Shown here one piece after another: positions 26,068-34,973 of a DNA stretch of 64,000 nucleotides. A model generated the notes under the pieces. That model was not told the origin of the DNA and did no database searches. It was given only the letters and a program-made list of their open reading frames with translations. How positions within the stretch are numbered: position 1 is the stretch's first letter; each line of letters begins with the position of its first letter. Made by a program: the position numbers and the translations under genes. The stretch lies in the NCBI GenBank assembly GCA_050949525.1, contig JBMNFW010000001.1, positions 207,890 through 271,889 of the forward strand, written 5' to 3'. Source of the stretch: Patescibacteria group bacterium (GTDB lineage: Bacteria; Patescibacteriota; Patescibacteriia; Patescibacteriales; UBA12465).

Positions 26068-27192
26068 ATGATTAAACGCATCTATGACAATTTAAATGAT
26101 TATATTAAACCTAATAAAGCTTTGATAATTTATGGACCACGACGAGTTGGTAAAACTACTCTTTTACAGGATTATCTGAGTAAAACTAATTTTAAATATA
26201 AATTAGATAATGGTGATAATATTAGATTACAAAACATTTTAAAATCGCAAGATTTCAAAAAAATATTAGCTTATGCTGAGAGTTATGAGTTAATAGCTAT
26301 AGATGAAGCTCAGCAAATTCCTAATATTGGTATGGCCTTAAAAATTCTAGTAGATAATATTCCTAATATTCGTGTTATTGCTACTGGTTCATCTTCTTTT
26401 GATCTTTCTCAGCAAATCGGAGAGCCTCTAACCGGAAGGAAAAAAACTATAGTTCTCTATCCTTTTTCTCAGAAGGAATTATTGTTTAAATTTAATAAAT
26501 ATGAACTTGAAGAAAATTTGGGAGATTTTTTACTTTTTGGTTCTTATCCTGATGTTATTTTATCTAAAAGCAGAAAAGAAAAGTTAAGTTTTTTAGAAGA
26601 ATTAGTTAATTCATATTTACTTAAAGATATATTAAGCCTGGATAAAGTTAAGTCTAGCAGTGTCTTATTAAATTTACTTAAATTATTATCTTTTCAAGTT
26701 GGTAGTTTAGTTTCTTTGAATGAATTATCAAACACTCTTAAAATAGATATAAAAACAGTTGATAGATATTTAGATCTTTTGGAAAAAAGTTTTATTATAT
26801 TTAGATTGGGTGGCTTTAGTCGAAATTTAAGAAATGAAATTAATAGTAAAGCTAAGTATTATTTTTTAGATAACGGTGTTCGTAATGCCGTTATTTCCAA
26901 GTATAATACTTTAGAAAATAGGGATGATATTGGTCAATTATTTGAAAATTTTATAATCTCAGAAAGAATTAAAAAATGTGCTTATGAACAAATTTATGGT
27001 AGCAGTTATTTTTGGAGAAATTATGCCGGTCAGGAAATAGATTTAATAGAAGAAAGAGATGGAAAATTATTAGCTTATGAAATTAAGTGGTCAAAGGAAA
27101 AAGTAAGTCCTCCTAAGGATTTTGTAGAAAATTATAAAAATAGTGAGTACCAGGTAATTAATAAGGATAATTATTTGGGCTTTATTTTATAA
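26068..27192 (+). CDS. AAA+ ATPase with C-terminal DUF4143-type PD-(D/E)xK-like domain
   Basis: Walker A GPRRVGKTT, Walker B LIAIDEAQ, central wHTH-like region, C-terminal EIDLI...(x13)...YEIKW matching the D...ExK nuclease-fold motif. Confidence 0.75.
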   Translation: MIKRIYDNLNDYIKPNKALIIYGPRRVGKTTLLQDYLSKTNFKYKLDNGDNIRLQNILKSQDFKKILAYAESYELIAIDEAQQIPNIGMALKILVDNIPNIRVIATGSSSFDLSQQIGEPLTGRKKTIVLYPFSQKELLFKFNKYELEENLGDFLLFGSYPDVILSKSRKEKLSFLEELVNSYLLKDILSLDKVKSSSVLLNLLKLLSFQVGSLVSLNELSNTLKIDIKTVDRYLDLLEKSFIIFRLGGFSRNLRNEINSKAKYYFLDNGVRNAVISKYNTLENRDDIGQLFENFIISERIKKCAYEQIYGSSYFWRNYAGQEIDLIEERDGKLLAYEIKWSKEKVSPPKDFVENYKNSEYQVINKDNYLGFIL

Positions 27193-27332
27193 TTAATTTT
27201 AAACAAAAGAAAAGATTTTTAATTAATAAAATTAAGAAAGTATAGTATTTTTGTTTAGGGCTTCTTGTTTTAAAGAGTTGAAGTTTGTGATTCTTTTTTG
27301 TATAATATTAAAATAATAATTTCATTTTTTAT

Positions 27333-29873
27333 ATGGAAATTTTAAATTTAGCTAAAAAAGATATTAATGAGGTGATTTTAGATTTAAAAACTGATTTAGA
27401 ATCAGGTTTAAGTCAAGAGGAAGCTCAAAAAAGATTAAAAAGGGATGGATTAAATATATTACCTGATCATAGTCTTAAATGGTGGAAGATATTTTTAAGA
27501 CAATTTAAATCAGCCTTTGTTTATTTATTATTATTTGCTGCTGTCTTATCTTTTGTTTTAAAACAACCCCTAGAGGGTTCCATGATTTTGATTTTTATTG
27601 TTATTAATACTTTATTGGGTTTTTTTCAAGAGTTTCGTTCGGAAAATACAGTTAAGCTCTTAAAGAAATTTATTAAAATACAGTCTAAGGTTATTAGGGA
27701 TGGACAGAAAATGGCTATTGATAGTGAAAATTTGGTAGTTGGAGATATTGTGGAGCTAGATACTGGGGATAAGATTGGAGCTGATATGAGAATAATTAAA
27801 GCTCAAGATTTATTAATCGATGAATCAATTTTAACTGGAGAATCTATTGAGATTAAAAAACAAGCTGAGAAAATAATAAATCATGAAGATTTGAATCATT
27901 TTTCAGCTAATAATATTTGTTTTTCAGGAACATCAGTTGTGAGCGGTAAAGCTCAAGCGGTAGTTTTAGCCACGGGTAAAAATACTTTTATTGGCGGTAT
28001 ATCTAAAATCACTTCTCAGACGACTAAGGTTAGTAATTTTGAAAAAGGTGTCTCTCAATTTAGCTCTTTTATTCTAAAGTTAGTTTTAGTAACCTTAATT
28101 TTCATTTTCATTTTCAATGCTTTTTTTAAGGATGGTTTAGATATTTTGGAATTAACTATTTTTTCAATTGCTTTAGTTATTTCTGTTATTCCTGAGGTTT
28201 TACCTTTAGTTATGACCTTCTCTTTTTCTAGTGGGGCGCGAAATTTAGCTAAACATCAGGTGGTAGTTAAGAGATTGTCCTCAGTAGAAGATTTAGGTAA
28301 TATTGATATTTTATGTTCTGATAAAACTGGAACTTTAACTGAAAATAAATTAACCATTATTGATTTTTATAATTCTATTTGTTCATCAGAAAGGGTATTA
28401 CGATATGCTGCCTTAGCCGTTTCTCAATTAAGAGAAAAGGTTGAGCCTTTTGATATTGCTATTATGGATAAGTTAGATGATAGTGATAGGGAGGCTATAA
28501 AAAAATATGAATATATTATTGATACTCCATTTAATCCAGCTCGACAACGAAATAATGTTCTAGTTCGTTCGGATGAAGGTTTAGAGTTGATTGTGCGAGG
28601 GGCGGTTGAAACTTTATTTAACTTAAGTTCTAATCTTAGTTCAGAAAAAATGGAAGATATGAGGCGATGGATATCAGAACAAGGATTTTTAGGGCGACGA
28701 GTTTTAGCTATTGCTAAAAAGAAAATTAGCGACACTGATATTGAAGTTCTTAAAAAGAATTTAATTGAAGCAGAAAGTGATTTAGAGTTTTTAGGTCTTT
28801 TTTCTTTAGCTGATCCTATAAAAGAATCAGTCAAGAAGGCTGTAGTTGATGCTAATGAACTGAAAGTTGGTATAAAGATTATTACTGGCGATAGTTCGGA
28901 GATAGCCGGATCAGTAGCTTATCAAATTGGTTTAATTGATGATCCTAAAAAAGTTATATTAGCTTCTGATTTGTTAAAATTATCAGAAGAAGACAAAAGA
29001 AAAGCTCTAGATGAATATCAGGTTTTTGCTCGAGTTTTGCCCGAGCAAAAATTTGAAATTATTAAAATTTTACAAGAAAAATATAATGTTGGTTATTTAG
29101 GTGATGGTATTAATGATGCTCCGGCTTTAAAAGTCGCTGGTGTTTCTTTAGTGGTAGCTAATGCTTCGGATATAGCTCGGGAAGCGGCGGATATTGTTCT
29201 TTTGAAAAATGATCTTAATGTTATTGTGGAAGGAATAAAAGAGGGGCGAACAATTTTTGCTAATAGTAGTAAATATATTAAGGCTACCTTAGCTTCTAAT
29301 TTTGGTAATTTTTATGCAGTTGCCATTGCTTCTTTAATAATAGATTTTTTACCGATGTTACCTTTACAAATTCTATTGTTAAATCTTTTGTCAGATTTTC
29401 CAATGATTGCTATTGCTACTGATAGGGTTGATAAAGAAGAACTATTGTCACCCAAAAAATATCAAGTTAAAAATATTATTATCGTTGCCACTATTTTTGG
29501 AATATTGAAATCAGTATTTGAGTTTATTTTCTTTGCTATGTTCTATCGGATGTCCCCTGAAATTCTCCAAACTAATTGGTTTATAGCTAGTGTTTTAATC
29601 GAGTTAATTTTCTTATTCTCTATCCGAACTAAAAAACCGGTTTTTAAGGCTCAGCGTCCATCAAAATTAGTAGTGGGATTAACCTTAGGGGCGGTATTGT
29701 TAACTATTCTTACTCCTTTAACCACTTGGGGACAAAAAATATTTCAATTTATAAAGCCTAGTTGGTCACATTTAGGAATAATAATAATTTTAACTATAGT
29801 CTACTTCATTTTCTCTGAAGTTGTTAAATTCTTTTATTATCGAAACAAGAAAGGTGATTATGTCGTATCATAA
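27333..29873 (+). CDS. mgtA: P-type cation-transporting ATPase, MgtA-like (Mg2+ type)
   Basis: CSDKTGTLT phosphorylation site, TGES actuator motif, GDGINDAPAL, TM segment DFLPMLPLQILLLNLLSD resembling the MgtA FLPMLP motif. Confidence 0.7.
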   Translation: MEILNLAKKDINEVILDLKTDLESGLSQEEAQKRLKRDGLNILPDHSLKWWKIFLRQFKSAFVYLLLFAAVLSFVLKQPLEGSMILIFIVINTLLGFFQEFRSENTVKLLKKFIKIQSKVIRDGQKMAIDSENLVVGDIVELDTGDKIGADMRIIKAQDLLIDESILTGESIEIKKQAEKIINHEDLNHFSANNICFSGTSVVSGKAQAVVLATGKNTFIGGISKITSQTTKVSNFEKGVSQFSSFILKLVLVTLIFIFIFNAFFKDGLDILELTIFSIALVISVIPEVLPLVMTFSFSSGARNLAKHQVVVKRLSSVEDLGNIDILCSDKTGTLTENKLTIIDFYNSICSSERVLRYAALAVSQLREKVEPFDIAIMDKLDDSDREAIKKYEYIIDTPFNPARQRNNVLVRSDEGLELIVRGAVETLFNLSSNLSSEKMEDMRRWISEQGFLGRRVLAIAKKKISDTDIEVLKKNLIEAESDLEFLGLFSLADPIKESVKKAVVDANELKVGIKIITGDSSEIAGSVAYQIGLIDDPKKVILASDLLKLSEEDKRKALDEYQVFARVLPEQKFEIIKILQEKYNVGYLGDGINDAPALKVAGVSLVVANASDIAREAADIVLLKNDLNVIVEGIKEGRTIFANSSKYIKATLASNFGNFYAVAIASLIIDFLPMLPLQILLLNLLSDFPMIAIATDRVDKEELLSPKKYQVKNIIIVATIFGILKSVFEFIFFAMFYRMSPEILQTNWFIASVLIELIFLFSIRTKKPVFKAQRPSKLVVGLTLGAVLLTILTPLTTWGQKIFQFIKPSWSHLGIIIILTIVYFIFSEVVKFFYYRNKKGDYVVS

Positions 29874-31023
29874 ATCTATTTTAGCTGATTCACTTCGCCC
29901 TCAAAGTTTAAAAGATTTTGTGGGGCAGGAAAAAATTTTAGGACCCCAGTCTTGGCTTCGTGATTCCATTAAAGAGGATCGTATTCCATCAATGGTCTTT
30001 TGGGGGCCCCCAGGTTCTGGTAAAACTACTTTAGCTCGTATTATTTCTCGAGAAACTAAGGCTGATTTTGTAAATTTATCAGCTGTTGAAAGTGGTCTTA
30101 AAGATTTGCGAGATATAGTTCAGAGAGCTAAGACGAACAAACGTTTAGGCACTAAGACTATTTTATTTATTGATGAAATTCATCGTTGGAATAAATCACA
30201 ACAAGATGCTCTTTTGCCACATCTTGAACAAGGTTTAATTATTTTGATTGGAGCTACTACTGAGAATCCCAGTTTTGCTGTGAACGCCGCTCTTTTATCT
30301 CGTTTAAAAGTTCTAAGTTTTAGTCGTTTAAGTGAAAAAGATTTAATAAAAGTTTTGAATCGAGCTAAGAAGGAGATTTCTTATAATATTAAACCCGAGC
30401 TTTTAAAGGTAATAGCTTCATTAAGTGATGGCGATGCTCGACAAGCTTTAAATACTTTAGAATTGTTAAGTAATTCTCAGAAAGAAGCCAGTCTTGATGC
30501 AATTAAGGATATTTTTGGTCAAGGATATTTAAAATATGATAAAAAGGGGCAAGAGCATTATAATTTGATTTCCGCTTTACACAAAACTATGCGAGCTGGA
30601 AATGATAAAGCGGCAGTTTATTGGTTGAGTCGAATGATTGAAGCTGGTGAAGATCCTTTGTTTATAGCTAGACGAATGATTCGTTTTGCTAGCGAAGATA
30701 TTGGTTTAGCTAATAATACCGCTTTAGTTTTGGCTGTTTCGGTTTATCAGACCTGTAAATATATTGGTTTACCAGAATGTAATTTAGCTTTAATTCAAGG
30801 GGTTATATATCTGGCACGATCTAAAAAAAGTCGCTTAACTGATGAAGCTTATGAGGCTAGTATGGATGAAATTAAGTCTAGCGGATCTTTACCAGTTCCT
30901 TTAAGTTTAACTAATATTTCGGGGGAGTGGGCTAAAGACTTATTTTCAGATCCTGATCAGAAAGATAAAGATGGTTTACCTCCAGGTTTAAAAAGTAAAA
31001 AGTTTAAAAATTTAAAGATATAA
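29860..31023 (+). CDS. rarA: Replication-associated recombination protein RarA/MgsA
   Basis: Walker A GPPGSGKTT, Walker [17 protein letters not shown], MgsA C-terminal helical domain. Start placed at MSYHKS (the 29821 start would overlap mgtA by 53 nt). Confidence 0.9.
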   Translation: MSYHKSILADSLRPQSLKDFVGQEKILGPQSWLRDSIKEDRIPSMVFWGPPGSGKTTLARIISRETKADFVNLSAVESGLKDLRDIVQRAKTNKRLGTKTILFIDEIHRWNKSQQDALLPHLEQGLIILIGATTENPSFAVNAALLSRLKVLSFSRLSEKDLIKVLNRAKKEISYNIKPELLKVIASLSDGDARQALNTLELLSNSQKEASLDAIKDIFGQGYLKYDKKGQEHYNLISALHKTMRAGNDKAAVYWLSRMIEAGEDPLFIARRMIRFASEDIGLANNTALVLAVSVYQTCKYIGLPECNLALIQGVIYLARSKKSRLTDEAYEASMDEIKSSGSLPVPLSLTNISGEWAKDLFSDPDQKDKDGLPPGLKSKKFKNLKI

Positions 31024-31026
31024 AAT

Positions 31027-32244
31027 ATGGGATATTATATAATATTATTAATTGTGTTAATTTTCTTTTCGGCCTTTTTTTCATCAGCTGAAGTGGCTTT
31101 TTTATCGTTAAGTGAAGCGAAGTTGAGTGTATTAGCTAATGAAAAAAGAAGAAATAGTCGGATGATTATAAAGCTCAAATCTGATCCTCGATCTTTATTG
31201 GTTACTATTTTAATTGGCAATAATATCGTTAATATTAGCGCGGCTTCTTTAGCTACAGTGGTCTTTTCACATTATTTTGATTCGGCTGTTATTGGAATTA
31301 CTACTGGAATTATGACTGCTGTCATATTAATCTTTGGCGAAATTATACCGAAAGCTTTTGCTTCTTCTAAGGCTCTATCTTTAGCTAGGCTTTGGGCGGG
31401 ACCCTTAACTTTTTTAAAAATTGTTTTCTCTCCTATTATTGTAATTATGAATACCATTACTAATATTTTAGTTGGTAAGCATCAGAGTGAAAAAATAAGT
31501 GAAGAAGAGTTAAAGGCTTTAGCTATGACTGGAGTGGAGCAAGGAACTATTGATCGGAGTGAGGGAGTGATGATAGAAAATCTTTTTAGTTTAAATAATA
31601 TTACAGCTGAGGACATTATGACTCCTCGAGTAGAAATTGTTTATGTTTTAGAAGGAGACTCAATTGAAAAATGCGCTGAAGAAATTGAGCGTTTTGGTAC
31701 TACTAGATGTCTAGTAGTAGATAATAATCCTGATAAAGTAAAGGGATTTGTTCATGCTCAAGATGTATTATTAGCTTTTAGACAGGGGCGAGAAAATGAT
31801 AAGGTTTCTTCTTTAATTCGTCCCATTGCTTTTGTGCCGAAGCAAATGATAGTGAGTAGTATTTTAAAGGAGCTTCAGCGACGTAAAATGCATATTGCTG
31901 TTGTTATGGATGAATATGGTGGAACCGATGGTATAGTAACTTTAGAAGATATTTTAGAAGAATTAGTGGGTGAGATAATAGATGAGCATGATGTCGATGA
32001 TACTTTAATAAAACGAATTGGAAAAAATGAGATTATGGTTTCTGGAATTACCGAAGCTCGGGATATTAATAGGTTTTTAAATATTAATATTTCGGATAAT
32101 GGTTTAGATACGATAGCTGACATTATTTTAAATCAGATTAAAAAAATACCTAAAGAGGGAATGAAGATTAAGGTTAAGGATTATGAATGTACTATCAAAA
32201 AAGTGGAAAATAGGGTTATAAAGCTGGTAAATATTAGAAAATAG
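31027..32244 (+). CDS. corC: CNNM/CorC-HlyC family transporter (DUF21-CBS pair-CorC_HlyC)
   Basis: N-terminal four-helix DUF21, CBS pair (IMTPR...), C-terminal transporter-associated domain. Confidence 0.8.
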   Translation: MGYYIILLIVLIFFSAFFSSAEVAFLSLSEAKLSVLANEKRRNSRMIIKLKSDPRSLLVTILIGNNIVNISAASLATVVFSHYFDSAVIGITTGIMTAVILIFGEIIPKAFASSKALSLARLWAGPLTFLKIVFSPIIVIMNTITNILVGKHQSEKISEEELKALAMTGVEQGTIDRSEGVMIENLFSLNNITAEDIMTPRVEIVYVLEGDSIEKCAEEIERFGTTRCLVVDNNPDKVKGFVHAQDVLLAFRQGRENDKVSSLIRPIAFVPKQMIVSSILKELQRRKMHIAVVMDEYGGTDGIVTLEDILEELVGEIIDEHDVDDTLIKRIGKNEIMVSGITEARDINRFLNINISDNGLDTIADIILNQIKKIPKEGMKIKVKDYECTIKKVENRVIKLVNIRK

Positions 32245-32309
32245 TTGATTTGTTTTTTCTGTTTCTTTTTGTTATAATATTAATACTTATAATTAATTAA
32301 AATATTCTT

Positions 32310-32876
32310 ATGTCTACAGCATTATGGATTGTTTTAATAGTTTTATTTGTTTTAATTTTCTTCATCGTTTCTCTGTATAACGGCCTAATTCGTTTGAAAA
32401 ATAGAGTAGAGGAGGCCGGGAGTGATATTGATGTTCAATTAAAACGACGACATGATTTAATTCCTAATTTAGTGGAAATAGTTAGGGGTTATGCTAGTCA
32501 TGAAAAAGAAACTTTGGAAAAAGTAATTCAGGCTAGAAATTCAGCTATCTCAGCTCAAAGTGGTTCAGATTTAGAGGCTAAACTTAAGGCGGAGAATAAT
32601 CTATCTTCAACCTTAAAGTCAATCTTTGCTCTTAGTGAGAGTTATCCAGATTTAAAAGCTAATCAGAATTTTTTAGAATTACAACGAGAATTATCTGATA
32701 CTGAGAATAAAATTCAGGCTTCTCGTCGTTTTTATAATTCAAATGTTCGTGATTTTAATACTAGGATTCAAGTTTTTCCTAGTAATATTATTGCTAAGCA
32801 ATTAGGCTTTTCGTCTCGTTCATTTTTTGAACTTGAGGATGATTCTGAAAGAGAGAATATAAAAATTAAATTTTAG
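32310..32876 (+). CDS. lemA: LemA family protein
   Basis: N-terminal TM helix plus YN.L......V.EA.S.IDVQLKRR.DLIPNLV signature. Confidence 0.9.
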   Translation: MSTALWIVLIVLFVLIFFIVSLYNGLIRLKNRVEEAGSDIDVQLKRRHDLIPNLVEIVRGYASHEKETLEKVIQARNSAISAQSGSDLEAKLKAENNLSSTLKSIFALSESYPDLKANQNFLELQRELSDTENKIQASRRFYNSNVRDFNTRIQVFPSNIIAKQLGFSSRSFFELEDDSERENIKIKF

Positions 32877-32880
32877 TTGT

Positions 32881-32994
32881 ATGGATTACATATCTTCTAG
32901 TGCTTCAACAACTTCTTTTCCAATTTCTATATTAATTATTATAGTTGTAGCTAGCTTAGCGGTAATTATTTTTTATAATAAATTTTTCAAATAA
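32881..32994 (+). CDS. Unannotated 37-aa single-TM miniprotein (MDYISSSASTTSFPISILIIIVVASLAVIIFYNKFFK)
   Basis: Hand-translated ATG ORF filling the lemA-htpX gap. Its TAA overlaps the htpX ATG (TAATG). Below the ORF-track length cut-off. Confidence 0.4.
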   Translation: MDYISSSASTTSFPISILIIIVVASLAVIIFYNKFFK

Positions 32995-33893
32995 TGACTT
33001 TATATAATCGTAGTGATTCTAACAGGAAAAAAACCTGGTTTTTACTTAGCCTCTTTTTTATCTTAGTTATCTTAATTGGATATTTTTTTAGTTGGTATTT
33101 CGGCGAGCCTTTAATATTATATTTGGCGGTTTTTTTTAGTATTTTTTCTTCTTTTTTCTCTTATTGGTTTAGTCATAAAATTGTTTTATCAATGAGTGGG
33201 GCCTCTGAATTAAAGATAGAGGATAATAAGGAGTTGTATCGTTTAGTAGAAAATTTATGTATTAGTACTGGTCTTCCAGTACCGAAAATTTATATTATTT
33301 CTGATCCTTCACCTAATGCTTTTGCTACTGGTCGAAATCCCGAGAAGGCAGTTATAGCAGTTACTACTGGCTTATTAGCTAAGCTTGATCGATCGGAGTT
33401 AGAAGGAGTTATAGCTCATGAATTAGCTCATATTAAAAATCGTGATATTTTATTATCAACCTTAGTGACAGTTTTGTTAGGTATGGTAGTATTGTTAGCT
33501 GATTGGTTTCGGCGTTGGGCTTTTTATTCTCGTGGTGGGGATAATGATAATAAAGGACAACTAGGGGTTATTAGTCTTATTTTAGCTTTAGTTTTTTCTA
33601 TTTTAGCTCCTATTTTTGCTACTTTGATGCAATTAGCTATTTCAAGAAAGAGAGAGTTTTTAGCTGATGCGGATGGAGCTTTAATGACTCGATATCCTGA
33701 AGGTTTGGCTCGAGCTTTAGAAAAGATATCAGCTGATCCTTATGATTTAGCTCGACCTAATCGGGCTACCGCTCATTTATACATTTCTTCACCTTTGAAA
33801 GAAAAAACTACTAAACCCAGTCTTTGGGCTAGAGCTTTTATGACTCATCCACCTGTTTCTGAACGAGTTAAAGCTTTAAGGGACATGTCTTAA
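32994..33893 (+). CDS. htpX: Zinc metalloprotease HtpX (M48)
   Basis: HELAHIKNRD HExxH motif, four TM segments, C-terminal THPP.SERV. Confidence 0.9.
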   Translation: MTLYNRSDSNRKKTWFLLSLFFILVILIGYFFSWYFGEPLILYLAVFFSIFSSFFSYWFSHKIVLSMSGASELKIEDNKELYRLVENLCISTGLPVPKIYIISDPSPNAFATGRNPEKAVIAVTTGLLAKLDRSELEGVIAHELAHIKNRDILLSTLVTVLLGMVVLLADWFRRWAFYSRGGDNDNKGQLGVISLILALVFSILAPIFATLMQLAISRKREFLADADGALMTRYPEGLARALEKISADPYDLARPNRATAHLYISSPLKEKTTKPSLWARAFMTHPPVSERVKALRDMS

Positions 33894-33919
33894 TATTTTT
33901 AATAATTTAAAATAAACAA

Positions 33920-34969
33920 ATGAACGCTAAAATTATTGCCACTATTGGACCTAAATCAGAGGATTATGAAATTTTAAAGTCGATGGCTTTAGAGGGCATG
34001 AATATGATTAGAGTTAACTTTTCTCATGCTACTTATGATCAGTATTATAAAATAAAGGAAAACCTAGAGAGGATAAATCAAGAATTAGGATTAGATATAA
34101 AAATTATTTTTGATTTACAAGGTCCTAGAATTCGAGTTGGTGAATTAAGTTACGAAGTGAAAATAGTAGAAGGGGAGACTTATGTTTTTATGCCTAATCA
34201 AGGTAATATTGACAATTTAGAGATACCTTTTGATGATCCTGATTTGATTAATGATCTTAAAGTGGGCGATCCTATTTTTATTGATGGTGGTTTGTTAGAG
34301 TTTAAAATTATTGACATTAATTTAGAAGATCAGAAGATTATTAGTCAGGCTGAGCGAGGGGGGATATTGTTATCTCGTAAAGGTATTAATGTTCCTAAAA
34401 CTATTTTAAAGAGAAATATTTTAACCCCTAAAGATTTATCAGATATTGAGTTTGCTAAAAAGGTTAAACCTGATTTTATTGCCGCTTCATTTGTACAGAA
34501 TCCAGAAGATATTATTAATCTTAAAAAAGTGATAGCTGATGATAATATTAAGATTATTTCTAAAATTGAACGAGGGGTGGCTTTAGATAATATTGATGGG
34601 ATTATAAAAGTATCAGATGGAATTATGATTGCTCGAGGTGATTTAGGAATTGAAATTCCGATGGAGGATTTACCAATTATTCAGAAAAATTTAATTCGCC
34701 ATGCTCATTGGCATAGTAAGCCAGCGATTGTAGCCACTCAGATGATGGCTTCTATGATGGAGCATTATCGTCCCACTCGAGCTGAAGTTAGTGATGTGGC
34801 TAATGCTATTTTTGATGGTGCCGATGCTTTGATGTTATCAGATGAAACAGCTATGGGTGCTTATCCTTTAGAAGCCATTATTAATATGAGAAAAATAATT
34901 ACTCGAACCGATCAGTATTTTAGTCATCGAAATTATTTTGAAGATTTAGAAATTATTTATAAAAAATAA
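33920..34969 (+). CDS. pyk: Pyruvate kinase, short form lacking the C-terminal (allosteric) domain
   Basis: TIGP, MIRVNFSH, MIARGDLGIEIP, ATQMM.SM, MLSDETA.G motifs. The protein ends about 25 aa after the last A-domain helix. Confidence 0.85.
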   Translation: MNAKIIATIGPKSEDYEILKSMALEGMNMIRVNFSHATYDQYYKIKENLERINQELGLDIKIIFDLQGPRIRVGELSYEVKIVEGETYVFMPNQGNIDNLEIPFDDPDLINDLKVGDPIFIDGGLLEFKIIDINLEDQKIISQAERGGILLSRKGINVPKTILKRNILTPKDLSDIEFAKKVKPDFIAASFVQNPEDIINLKKVIADDNIKIISKIERGVALDNIDGIIKVSDGIMIARGDLGIEIPMEDLPIIQKNLIRHAHWHSKPAIVATQMMASMMEHYRPTRAEVSDVANAIFDGADALMLSDETAMGAYPLEAIINMRKIITRTDQYFSHRNYFEDLEIIYKK

Positions 34970-34973
34970 TAGC

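Noticed and set aside
27193-27332. M-box or other riboswitch/leader peptide upstream of the MgtA-like ATPase.
   Set aside because: The region is extremely AT-rich, with no extended G+C-containing helices and no ATG-initiated leader ORF. It is too short and unstructured for an M-box by eye, and Rfam was not run.
28424-28834. 136-aa minus-strand ORF inside the P-type ATPase gene.
   Set aside because: It is antisense to the conserved N/P-domain coding region of mgtA. Its Ser/Ile/Phe-rich translation has no motif.
29023-29051. Perfect 10-bp hairpin TTTTTGCTCG-n9-CGAGCAAAAA inside mgtA.
   Set aside because: It lies within the conserved VFARV.PEQK coding motif and has no T-run or regulatory context. 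It is most likely a coincidence of codon choice.
29821-29859. Longer N-terminal extensions offered by the ORF track: rarA from 29821, GT4 from 48074, and the membrane protein from the TTG at 60154.
   Set aside because: The extensions overlap the preceding genes substantially and add non-conserved residues. Internal ATGs (29860, 48113, 60172) sit right after the upstream stop or after a -10 element and begin the conserved sequence.
31035-32123. Three minus-strand ORFs (31035-31220, 31272-31457, 31875-32123) inside corC.
   Set aside because: All lie antisense within the DUF21-CBS gene and are shadow ORFs.
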